From: a virus
IMG/VR virus record: IMGVR_UViG_3300045988_127072
Location: 1-55,096 of that record
Length of the DNA stretch: 55,096 nucleotides
Strand: one strand, 5' to 3'
In this document: piece after piece, positions 47,600 to 55,063 of the stretch
How the letters are laid out: each line of letters starts with the position of its first letter
How positions within the stretch are numbered: the stretch's first letter is position 1
Made by a program: the position numbers and the translations under genes
The notes under the pieces: model-generated
Database searches by the model: none
Told to the model about the DNA's origin: nothing
What the model saw: only the letters and a program-made list of their open reading frames with translations

Positions 47600-47842
47600 T
47601 TACCAACACAAAAAAGGCAGGTCCGCAGTCCTTACAAAGTTCCGCTTCCTGCCATGATATCTTTCCGATTCTTCAAGCTCGTTTTCAAGAGAATCGATTT
47701 CTTCATTAAGCAAGGATATATACTTGCCCTTACATTCAGCATTGAATGTGAACCTTACCGATTCCTCACTCATTGACTGGACTATATCAAGCTCTGAATA
47801 AAGTTTATCCAGTTCATCGCTTATCTGTCTTATAGTCCTCAT
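47600..47842 (-). CDS. hypothetical coiled-coil protein
   Basis: 80-aa ORF. Confidence 0.5.
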   Translation of the reverse strand: MRTIRQISDELDKLYSELDIVQSMSEESVRFTFNAECKGKYISLLNEEIDSLENELEESERYHGRKRNFVRTADLPFLCW

Positions 47843-47982
47843 ACCTTTTCAAGAAATTGGACCGGCAACGAGCATACACCCTTCATATTAGGATATTTGA
47901 CATCAGCATACCCGTTAGCGATATAAACAATCGTACCTGTCAGCGTATCACCTATCTCACGTACTTTATCACCTTTCTTCAT
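47839..47982 (-). CDS. small ORF (47 aa, not in ORF track)
   Basis: MKKGDKVREIGDTLTGTIVYIANGYADVKYPNMKG... ATGA overlaps at both ends. Confidence 0.4.
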   Translation of the reverse strand: MKKGDKVREIGDTLTGTIVYIANGYADVKYPNMKGVCSLPVQFLEKV

Positions 47983-48164
47983 AACCATTTTATTTTAAGT
48001 TCAACTTTAACCGGAGGATTCTCCATCTTGGAAAATCCGTCAAGAATTTGCTCTTTAAGAAGTTTGGGAGGTCTGTCAGTAATCTTACTATCCAAGACAG
48101 ACAGTTCCTCACGTTCTCCGTCATAAAACACAAGCGTTACGCCTTGAACTATATATGGGTTCAT
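47979..48164 (-). CDS. hypothetical small protein
   Basis: 61-aa ORF in a chain of translationally coupled genes. Confidence 0.5.
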   Translation of the reverse strand: MNPYIVQGVTLVFYDGEREELSVLDSKITDRPPKLLKEQILDGFSKMENPPVKVELKIKWL

Positions 48165-48334
48165 GGCAGTTCGGTATAAGTAAGATTTACACCAATGCAG
48201 TCATGTGTCGCACGGATACTGTTACGGTATTTCTCCAAATCATCCACCATAACAGGCATGAACAATTTTACTGTATCCCTGCCACCACTGGCATACACAA
48301 GCTGGTAACTTGTTATTTGATATTTCTTTTCCAT
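48161..48334 (-). CDS. hypothetical small protein
   Basis: Trimmed to MEKKYQITSYQ (ATG 48334) to avoid overlapping 48345..48650. Confidence 0.45.
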   Translation of the reverse strand: MEKKYQITSYQLVYASGGRDTVKLFMPVMVDDLEKYRNSIRATHDCIGVNLTYTELP

Positions 48335-48344
48335 GATATTTATA

Positions 48345-48650
48345 TTATTGTGGCAATGGTTTCCAAAAATCAATGTCCCATGCCCGGTTAGTATTTCCAC
48401 ATATCCAAATGTTCTTCTTATGCTCACTATCGAATACCAACATCCCGGTATTCACAAATTTCCCGGAACTCTTCACAAGCACTCTTGTGTCCAATGGTGG
48501 AGGATCTTTTTCTGCATTCCTCCATTTCATGGATTCCAAAACAAATTGAGCACCTTTCTCAAAATCCACCGATGCTGTTCTTTTGTGCGTAATCCCATGT
48601 ATACCATTTGCATACTCTCTGGCTTTCTCCTTTATTATATTTATATCCAT
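48345..48650 (-). CDS. DUF551-like protein
   Basis: 101 aa. WRNAEKDPPPLDTRVLVKS... and C-terminal FWKPLPQ resemble DUF551. Confidence 0.5.
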   Translation of the reverse strand: MDINIIKEKAREYANGIHGITHKRTASVDFEKGAQFVLESMKWRNAEKDPPPLDTRVLVKSSGKFVNTGMLVFDSEHKKNIWICGNTNRAWDIDFWKPLPQ

Positions 48651-48670
48651 AATTTAACTTGTTTCTAATT

Positions 48671-48705
48671 AAAAAGCTCCTGTTATCTTCACAGACTACA
48701 GGAGC
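48671..48705 (-). terminator. rho-independent terminator
   Basis: Minus strand reads GCTCCTGT agtctgtgaagata ACAGGAGC followed by TTTTT. Confidence 0.7.
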
Positions 48706-48929
48706 AAAACCTAAACGACTTTATTATGATAACCTACAGCCACCGTCAGCGGAATCGGATCGCCGTACTATCCGTTAAATGAAAGTAGAGATTAGAACAG
48801 ATAATTATTTATGCTTATTTCCTTAGACAGTACCAGCTATGGACGGTGAAATTCCGTACCTATATTCACACATCGGCACGGACAAATTATGCAATTAACA
48901 TTATAAACACAAAAAACTAGATGAAAAAA

Positions 48930-49112
48930 TCATTCATATTCCTTTAACTCCTTATATGTCATTGCCACCAATCTCACACACAATAATGAGATAATAGAAA
49001 ATATAATCACCGATACGGATTTTATAGGACTTTCCGTAACTATCGCACCATAAATCATTCCTAAGGAACATAGGGTGGCAAATATAGACAGGATAAAATT
49101 AGCTGTTTTCAT
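48930..49112 (-). CDS. small two-TM membrane protein
   Basis: 60 aa. FILSIFATLCSLGMIYGAIV and VSVIIFSIISLLCVRLVAM. An isolated gene bracketed by a repeat and a terminator. Confidence 0.5.
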   Translation of the reverse strand: MKTANFILSIFATLCSLGMIYGAIVTESPIKSVSVIIFSIISLLCVRLVAMTYKELKEYE

Positions 49113-49133
49113 AATACAAATTTTTATATTGTT

Positions 49134-49180
49134 CCCCTCAACGGCTTAAACCGGTTGTTACCACGAATCTTACGGGAGGG
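49134..49180. repeat. 47-bp direct repeat, copy 1
   Basis: cccctcaacggcttaaaccggttgttaccacgaatcttacgggaggg; 46/47 identical to 49412..49458. Ends are self-complementary (CCCTC/GAGGG) with a central AACCGGTT palindrome. Confidence 0.85.
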
Positions 49181-49411
49181 GATATATTAGACCTTTCGGC
49201 GGTACTTGTGCCCAACCAAGTTTACTTAATGCACTAAGGACAAATCGGTGCACCGAAAGTATGTTCAATCAATTATTATTATAGACCCTCAATACGTCAC
49301 GGCATCCCTGCTGGTATTGACTCCTATAATCAATCCGTTTGTCTGCATCATACGGCTTATGAGTTACACCATATGAGCATTTACAATGATGTGAAAGAAC
49401 TTTAAGCAGCT

Positions 49412-49458
49412 CCCCTCAACGGCTTAAACCGGTTGTTACCACAAATCTTACGGGAGGG
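49412..49458. repeat. 47-bp direct repeat, copy 2
   Basis: Same sequence with a single g-to-a difference. Lies 8 nt downstream of the stop of 49466..49750. Confidence 0.85.
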
Positions 49459-49465
49459 AAGAAAT

Positions 49466-49750
49466 TTATTTATCTGTTGAGATACAAGCCAGCTGTTTCT
49501 TTAGATGACTTATACGATCACATTCGATATCACATATTTGGCTACCTTGTTTTTGGTTGTGGGGATAATGCTTGCATTTCCCATTTTGATAACAAGGACA
49601 TAACTGTCGGTACACTTTCACAGCTCGTTCCTCTATTTCCTTGGATGCGATATTAACAGCCTCCAATGCGTCAGCTTTAAAAATCAACGGCTCTATCGGA
49701 TTGCCAAGCTGGTAGCATTTATTATTTATAAAATCGGTTGCTTTGCTCAT
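49466..49750 (-). CDS. Cys-rich hypothetical protein
   Basis: 94-aa ORF with LCPCYQNGKCKHY...CDIEC. Confidence 0.55.
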   Translation of the reverse strand: MSKATDFINNKCYQLGNPIEPLIFKADALEAVNIASKEIEERAVKVYRQLCPCYQNGKCKHYPHNQKQGSQICDIECDRISHLKKQLACISTDK

Positions 49751-49754
49751 TTTA

Positions 49755-50051
49755 TTAATTCTTCTTTGAATAATAGTTGTTGAATAGCTTCCTTGCCATC
49801 ACCGGATCAGTCAAGATTCTACGACCATCCTGATATACCGCTTTTTTCAATATTCCATCCTTTAACTTTGCTGCAGTATTTTTAGAGCAACCGAACAACT
49901 GGCATATACCCTTAAGCCCGTACACGTAATCCTGTTCCTTGTCCTTGACATCACATCCCGACATCGTATCACGGATTATATTACTTAACACGCTCTTAAG
50001 TTCGCCTATTGTGAGGTCTATCAATCTGGTTTCATCTTTTATGGGTATCAT
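49755..50051 (-). CDS. DUF3853-like helix-turn-helix protein (excisionase/regulator-like)
   Basis: YVYGLKGICQLFGCSKNTAAKLKDGILKKAVYQDGRRILTD matches the Bacteroidota DUF3853 HTH pattern. Confidence 0.6.
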   Translation of the reverse strand: MIPIKDETRLIDLTIGELKSVLSNIIRDTMSGCDVKDKEQDYVYGLKGICQLFGCSKNTAAKLKDGILKKAVYQDGRRILTDPVMARKLFNNYYSKKN

Positions 50052-50070
50052 GACAGTTTGTTTTAAATTG

Positions 50071-50280
50071 TTATACTCTTATTTTTATAATGGATTCTGC
50101 GCCAGCATAATTCTTTATCGCCTCTTCCCTTATTCTTACTGCGAGTTCAGTGTTAATAATGTACTTTAATGCCTTGCGTACTGTTTCACCGCTAACCCCG
50201 AAATGAGATGCGATGCGTTTTTGTGCACCTTGCGGAACGATTACCCGTGGGATTTCTTTGGTTCTTTCTTTTTTATTCAT
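50071..50280 (-). CDS. small HTH DNA-binding protein (first gene of leftward early operon)
   Basis: QKRIASHFGVSGETVRKALKY is HTH-like. Preceded by a promoter-like box. Confidence 0.55.
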   Translation of the reverse strand: MNKKERTKEIPRVIVPQGAQKRIASHFGVSGETVRKALKYIINTELAVRIREEAIKNYAGAESIIKIRV

Positions 50281-50342
50281 ATATTTGTATATTAATTATT
50301 GTCGTTGCGAAACTGAACTAAATTAATTCGTTTTTCACGCTG

Positions 50343-50350
50343 CAAATATA
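50343..50350 (-). promoter_or_regulatory. candidate -7 promoter box TATATTTG for the leftward early operon
   Basis: Minus strand matches TAnnTTTG about 63 nt upstream of the ATG at 50280. An identical TATATTTG on the plus strand at 50280..50287 points rightward. Confidence 0.35.
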
Positions 50351-50433
50351 AGATCTTTTGAGCTTAAAACAATATTTTAAAAGAAAAAACTTAGCTCAAT
50401 AGCTCTATTTATTATAATTCTAAATAACAAAAT

Positions 50434-50559
50434 ATGGAAGAAGGTGTTTTACAAAGGGTTATTAGCATTTGCAGACAAAAATCTGTTTCAGAGAGTCAGT
50501 TTGCAAAAATGATTGGTTCAAACCATGCGAGAACAATTTTAGATATTTTTATAGTTTAA
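50434..50559 (+). CDS. short XRE-type HTH ORF (41 aa), possibly a truncated repressor remnant
   Basis: MEEGVLQRVISICRQKSVSESQFAKMIGSNHARTIL... looks like helices 1-3 of an XRE HTH and then stops. Divergent from 50071..50280. Not in the ORF track. Confidence 0.4.
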   Translation: MEEGVLQRVISICRQKSVSESQFAKMIGSNHARTILDIFIV

Positions 50560-50969
50560 TATACAAGAAGATACCGGGCATCTACAGTTTCCATATTCTT
50601 ATCAGATGATAATATTTGGTCTACAGACACTTCTGTTTCTTTTGAAACAATATTAATTATTTTGGCAAAGATTTCTGACTTGCACATTGTGGTTTAAATT
50701 TTTGTTGTATTTTTGCCTCGCCAATCAAATAAAATCATAACAAAAGCATACGTAGGAAATAAGTAAGGATATTACTACCCCTGACACTTATCTACGTATG
50801 CTTTGTATACTTTAAAGTTTGATTGGCGTTAAACTTCAAGTGTCGGGGGTTCTTTTAATTCTGCCCCCCTGAAAGAATTACTTTTGTTAAATGAGTTTTT
50901 CTATTATACGCCACGCTTCTACCTGTGGCATTCTGGTTACTATTTCATCTTGCACCTCCCTTCTGTTGA

Positions 50970-51419
50970 TTACCATATTCTATAACTTATTCCTGCGACA
51001 ACCGCAGGAGAAAAACCATCCTTACCAAATCCATAACCGGCTGTTATTCCCAGACCCCATCTTCTAGGTTTTATCTTAACCGTGTGATAGATGTCATTCG
51101 TTACTGTCAGTGTTTTGGAGCAAACATAGATACTATCTAGGTTAGGTCTGTAACCACTCACATAAGCAATGTAATCACTATCTCTGTATACCTTCTGCTC
51201 GACAGGAAGAATTGTGTCTCCTACATGGATTGTATCACCATCATGCCAGCACAGTACAGGGGAAGGAAGATAATACTTTACCGTATCTCTCTTTACAATA
51301 ATACTCGTGCTGAATACCGTATCTGCTCTTACCTCTATATCCGTTTCTATGGATGGTCTTGCGAACCATCCTAAACCGAAAACGCACACAATAACGATTA
51401 TATATATTAACCATTTCAT
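50970..51419 (-). CDS. membrane-anchored lysis-cassette protein (possible spanin analogue)
   Basis: N-terminal TM MKWLIYIIVIVCVFGLGWF, Gly-rich C-terminus GLGITAGYGFG...AGISYRIW. Overlaps the endolysin stop. Confidence 0.45.
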   Translation of the reverse strand: MKWLIYIIVIVCVFGLGWFARPSIETDIEVRADTVFSTSIIVKRDTVKYYLPSPVLCWHDGDTIHVGDTILPVEQKVYRDSDYIAYVSGYRPNLDSIYVCSKTLTVTNDIYHTVKIKPRRWGLGITAGYGFGKDGFSPAVVAGISYRIW

Positions 51420-51814
51420 AAGTGTAATACCTGCTTTTTATTATCGGACTGATTATAGGATATATGTACCCAACTGAATCCACTCTCATCAATAAGCTGC
51501 CTCCACTCTAAGGAAGAATTTCGAATCATATCAAACAATTTTTTATTGTCTGCCTTATTCCCGGTAGTTATATCTGCCGCACATCCTGACATGTGTTCAC
51601 TGTTCTTTGCACCTCCCACAGCTTTATTTAATTTAACACAACGAAAGCCGCTATTCACAATAATGGGTTTACCCCACATCTGCCGGATCGGATCAAGAAG
51701 ATGATTAATTAGATTCTCCATATTCGCTTTCTGAAATGAGTTAGGTACATTCTCTATACCTAACTTTTCTCCTGTATTACTACGGCATAATTCTGCAATT
51801 GTAAAATATTTCAT
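51416..51814 (-). CDS. endolysin, peptidase M15 family (zinc D-Ala-D-Ala / L-Ala-D-Glu peptidase type)
   Basis: SGFRCVKLNKAVGGAKNSEHMSGCAADI (SxH..G.AaD) and a distal WVHISY histidine. Confidence 0.85.
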   Translation of the reverse strand: MKYFTIAELCRSNTGEKLGIENVPNSFQKANMENLINHLLDPIRQMWGKPIIVNSGFRCVKLNKAVGGAKNSEHMSGCAADITTGNKADNKKLFDMIRNSSLEWRQLIDESGFSWVHISYNQSDNKKQVLHL

Positions 51815-52260
51815 TTCTTATCCTCCTTTTTATTTTCGTTGTCAAACAATATCTGAGCCATGACCTTGGCAATATCATCCTTGTTCTCGATAATCACACT
51901 CATTGTCTTTTCTGCCTTGCGCAACTCCGCTTTTTCCCACGATTTTTCGCGTACCGATTTAAACTCACAAAAAATGCAGTAACCCGTCCAAATCATTGAA
52001 AAAACAGGGAAGGGGATAACAACACAGCATAACAGGTCAATGAAGCACAATTCTATGAACGGGGTGAAATACTTCTTCGCCTTGACGGCTGTTTTCTTAT
52101 ACCCCGTGGATGTTCTTGCCTCCCCCCGTTGCTTGGCTTTCATAACTCCCGTAATAAGGTCCACTAACATCGCCCCCATTGTAGCCGCAATACACAAGGC
52201 TATAAGCACAATGTGTATCATCATGTGCTCATTTATAAAATTGTAGATTACATCTCTCAT
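51811..52260 (-). CDS. holin (Phage_holin_4_1-like)
   Basis: Three hydrophobic segments and LVDLITGVMKAKQRGE...STGYKKT, characteristic of the family. Sits upstream of the endolysin with a 4-nt overlap. Confidence 0.7.
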   Translation of the reverse strand: MRDVIYNFINEHMMIHIVLIALCIAATMGAMLVDLITGVMKAKQRGEARTSTGYKKTAVKAKKYFTPFIELCFIDLLCCVVIPFPVFSMIWTGYCIFCEFKSVREKSWEKAELRKAEKTMSVIIENKDDIAKVMAQILFDNENKKEDKK

Positions 52261-52880
52261 TGAAAGTAAGTTTTGAACACATTAATATGATAGATATTCA
52301 CCTGTCCATAGTTGGCGTCAAATATCTTCTTGATCTCGTAGCCCAATCCATAAGACAATGCTTTCATTCTTCGCCAGTTAATGGAACGCCAGTTCATATT
52401 ATGTTCCTTTGCCCAACGCTTGATACTGTACCATTCTTTGGATTCATCAAGTTGCTCGGTCTTCTGTTCAAGCTGGTACTGAATCTGTTCTTTTGCCTCC
52501 ACCTCATCCGCAAGCCGGCGCAACGCTTCCGCATATGTTTGAGGAGTTTTAATTTCTTTCAATGATCGTTCCATTGCCTCAAATGCATCGTAAAACTCAT
52601 TTTTAAATTTCAAGGCTTTTATACCATTCCATCCCATTACCAAAATAGAAAAACCTTTTTGGTTCATGATATAGGCAGGATTACTTTTACCTGTTGAATC
52701 TTCGTAAGTCGTTGATACAAAAGCTAAACGCATTTTTGCGTTTAGTAATTCATCCTCCGTATTAAGAATATTATCAATACTTCTTATTACATCGGCATGT
52801 CTTTTCCCAAACTTCTCAGCAACCAATAAGCTGTTTGTTAAAACTTGGTCATTCTGGCCTTTAAAAACTAAATCTGTCAT
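52257..52880 (-). CDS. phage regulatory protein Rha
   Basis: VLTNSLLVAEKFGKRHADVIRSIDNIL matches the Rha N-terminal domain. Confidence 0.85.
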   Translation of the reverse strand: MTDLVFKGQNDQVLTNSLLVAEKFGKRHADVIRSIDNILNTEDELLNAKMRLAFVSTTYEDSTGKSNPAYIMNQKGFSILVMGWNGIKALKFKNEFYDAFEAMERSLKEIKTPQTYAEALRRLADEVEAKEQIQYQLEQKTEQLDESKEWYSIKRWAKEHNMNWRSINWRRMKALSYGLGYEIKKIFDANYGQVNIYHINVFKTYFQ

Positions 52881-52971
52881 ATTACCTAATTTTATGTTAA
52901 CTTTTAATTCCCATCAATTACACGTTTTGGATTACCCGATTTTCAAGCTAACCTTTATTTTGTCATACAAA

Positions 52972-53018
52972 ACAAAAAAAAAAGAGCCTGTCACGGAAAC
53001 TAATCCGCAACAAGCTCT
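52972..53018 (-). terminator. rho-independent terminator
   Basis: Minus strand reads AGAGCTTGT ...18 nt... ACAGGCTCT (one mismatch) followed by T10. Confidence 0.55.
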
Positions 53019-53115
53019 TGGTCTTATGAAATTGTATAATGTCCTTTCGTCATAATATAAGTGGCGTGCATCTTCACACGCTCCCCACAAAGATAAATAT
53101 TGTTTCCCTTATTAC

Positions 53116-53147
53116 AAAAAAAATAACCGACAATTAACGCCGGTTAT
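53116..53147 (-). terminator. rho-independent terminator overlapping the stop of 53134..53421
   Basis: Minus strand reads ATAACCG gcgttaattgt CGGTTAT followed by TTTTTTTT. Confidence 0.55.
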
Positions 53148-53421
53148 CGTGATAGTATCTTATAGCCTCATTGACATATAATGATACTGATTGCTCCTTA
53201 TCCAAGATAGCAGCTACATCCTCCTCTATCATAACAAGTATTCTTTTCACGCCATTAACCTTCGGTCTTCGGGGCACACCATTGCTGTCCAATATCCTAT
53301 ATATCGTTTGCTCAGACTTTATATCTGTTTCCTTCATTATCTCCTTAATAGCCATCCCGTCCTTATATAGGGACAATACCCTAGACTCTTGATCTAGGGT
53401 AATAGATCGTCCTCTTGCCAT
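53134..53421 (-). CDS. transcriptional regulator: resolvase-type HTH + ribbon-helix-helix-like C-terminus (no catalytic domain)
   Basis: ITLDQESRVLSLYKDGMAIKEIMKETDIKSEQTIYRIL (HTH_7-like), then KRILVMIEEDVAAILDKEQSVSLYVNEAIRYY (CopG-like). Confidence 0.6.
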   Translation of the reverse strand: MARGRSITLDQESRVLSLYKDGMAIKEIMKETDIKSEQTIYRILDSNGVPRRPKVNGVKRILVMIEEDVAAILDKEQSVSLYVNEAIRYYHDNRR

Positions 53422-53479
53422 AATTAATATGTTTTATAACATTTATAATTTGTTGCTCGTTATTTCAAAAAGTTGCACC

Positions 53480-53614
53480 TTTACATCGAACATCAACGAT
53501 GTTAGTCGCACTTCGGTGCGTGGATTGAAACGACATTGTGATTTGCTCACAAATTAGTATTTTCTAACAGTGAGCTGTATAGTGAAGAGGCGGAGAAATC
53601 CGCCTCTGTTTTTT
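53480..53614 (+). ncRNA. candidate plus-strand structured small RNA ending in an intrinsic terminator
   Basis: Hairpins CATCG/CGATG (53484..53501), CGCAC-UUCG-GUGCG (53507..53520) and GCUCAC/GUGAGC (53545..53575), then GAGGCGGA-gaaa-TCCGCCTC + TGTTTTTT (53587..53614). The T-run is on the plus strand only. The 5-prime end is not defined. Confidence 0.45.
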
Positions 53615-53676
53615 ATTCCCTTATTACTCCGTTATCAATATCTTCTTGTGTCATAATTGTTTGTCCTTCATGCTAA

Positions 53677-53895
53677 TTAGTAGATAACAGCCTTTATCTT
53701 CATGTCAGTTATACAAACACTCTCTTGTCTCTGCACGGAATAGTAAGTAACGTGATTGTTCGATACTTCAAACATTGGATAAATCGAATCGGGATCGTCT
53801 TTAATTCCTTCAACCGTGAATTTAACTATACCTTGCTTTGCTGCCTGTTTGAATGCTCTGCGAAAATCTGCATCTAATGAATTGAAAGTTTTCAT
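53677..53895 (-). CDS. hypothetical protein
   Basis: 72-aa ORF. Confidence 0.55.
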   Translation of the reverse strand: MKTFNSLDADFRRAFKQAAKQGIVKFTVEGIKDDPDSIYPMFEVSNNHVTYYSVQRQESVCITDMKIKAVIY

Positions 53896-53932
53896 AACCC
53901 TTGCCCGTCAAGCCGATAGCACAGCGTTTAGT

Positions 53933-54316
53933 TTATAATTTAATTTGATTTTCTATCGCGAATTTAGCAAGGCAAGTAGCCTGTTTCTCTGAACACTTCA
54001 TGAACTTAATAACAGATTCACAAATCGATGCAATAAAATCGTTACCAAGTTCTCTTGCTTTCAATTCGATACCTGCCATCATATCATAGCTAATCTGGTA
54101 ACTCATTGATGTTCTGTCTCCATAAACACAACCATTAATCCACATCATCTTACTGGCAACTTCCTCAATCGGGTTTAATTGCTTAGATGCGCTTTTTCTA
54201 GTTTTATAAACTTTCTGCTTCGGCATGGAATCTATATCTTCAACCACAACTTCTTTTTTCGCAAACATCTTAACCTTTCCCTTAGAGTCTTTACAGATAA
54301 AAAAATTCTTCTGCAT
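53933..54316 (-). CDS. hypothetical protein adjacent to the invertible region
   Basis: 127-aa ORF. Its start codon is 27 nt from site s1. Confidence 0.6.
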   Translation of the reverse strand: MQKNFFICKDSKGKVKMFAKKEVVVEDIDSMPKQKVYKTRKSASKQLNPIEEVASKMMWINGCVYGDRTSMSYQISYDMMAGIELKARELGNDFIASICESVIKFMKCSEKQATCLAKFAIENQIKL

Positions 54317-54327
54317 TTACAAAATAA

Positions 54328-54615
54328 ACCACAAAAATTGTTCTGGGGGGACTGATAGGGATTGCCTCATGCATTAAGGATAAAAGAATGAAGACAGTGG
54401 ATGCTAATGAAGCCCCAATGAATGAATTTATTTTTGCATATATTGGTTCTACCAATTTACCTACAGATTCTTCACCGGGAGGTCTATTGACATTGGGATT
54501 TATGGACGGATCGAGTAGTTGTAAACTTCAGTTTTTTTTCCGACACGATAATGTATTTAAACGTATACAATGGTATAACAATTGGCAAAATTGGACTAAA
54601 ATCTTAACAGAATAA
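54328..54615 (+). CDS. silent alternative C-terminal cassette C of the tail-tip protein
   Basis: The frame is open from 54328 through s1 (…VLGGLIGIASC…) into the track ORF 54388..54615. Ends ...RIQWYNNWQNWTKILTE, resembling the cassette A tip. Opposite strand to all neighbours. Confidence 0.6.
   Translation, partial: TTKIVLGGLIGIASCIKDKRMKTVDANEAPMNEFIFAYIGSTNLPTDSSPGGLLTLGFMDGSSSCKLQFFFRHDNVFKRIQWYNNWQNWTKILTE
54343..54359 (+). repeat. putative recombination crossover site s1 (CTGGGGGGACTGATAGG)
   Basis: 11-nt core identical to s4 but inverted; 15/17 identical to s2. In frame with cassette C. Confidence 0.65.
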
Positions 54616-55063
54616 AGTCCATGATACCGAGCTGGGGGAACTGATCGGTACGGCTACGAGAGAAAAAACAGGCTTGAGCGATAGTATACAAGCCTTAAAC
54701 TCTACGTTTTATAGCATTTCTAGCGGATCAAAGAATGCTACTTTGTTTAAAGTTTGTGATTATGGCAAAAATATTCTCCATCGATTATATATCTATAGTG
54801 CACCTAATGGTACATCGGATACTTGCAGATATATTCGTGTGATCCTCTCAGACAATAATATATTTGCAAATATGTTGTTGGCAAAGGGAGGGAGTAATAT
54901 CAGACTTTTTAAAGATGAAACAAGTTTTTATGTTTACACTTATAACGGTACGTGGTCGAGGTCTAATATTGAGGTTTTTGCAAATGAACCTCATCGCTTT
55001 TATTTCACAGACGTGACAGATCAAATCAGTATATCAGATTTGGAAGAAATCTCTATATCTTGA
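54608..55063 (+). CDS. silent alternative C-terminal cassette D of the tail-tip protein
   Basis: The frame is open from 54608 through s2 (…ELGELIGTATREKTG…) into the track ORF 54674..55063, whose listed start is a TTG. Contains ...YVYTYNGTWSRSNI... Confidence 0.6.
   Translation, partial: QNKVHDTELGELIGTATREKTGLSDSIQALNSTFYSISSGSKNATLFKVCDYGKNILHRLYIYSAPNGTSDTCRYIRVILSDNNIFANMLLAKGGSNIRLFKDETSFYVYTYNGTWSRSNIEVFANEPHRFYFTDVTDQISISDLEEISIS
54632..54648 (+). repeat. putative recombination crossover site s2 (CTGGGGGAACTGATCGG)
   Basis: Same core with one G-to-A change. In frame with cassette D. Confidence 0.6.

Noticed and set aside
53134-53421. Serine invertase (Gin/Hin-like) next to the invertible region
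   Set aside because: Only a resolvase-type HTH plus an RHH-like segment is present, in 95 aa. There is no N-terminal catalytic domain with the active-site serine, so it is called a regulator.
53429-53557. 42-aa plus-strand ORF (MFYNIYNLLLVISKS...), considered as a possible type I toxin or small protein
   Set aside because: Its ATG is only 7 nt from the divergent start of 53134..53421, leaving no room for a promoter or RBS. The region's hairpins and terminator fit a non-coding RNA better. This cannot be excluded without expression data.
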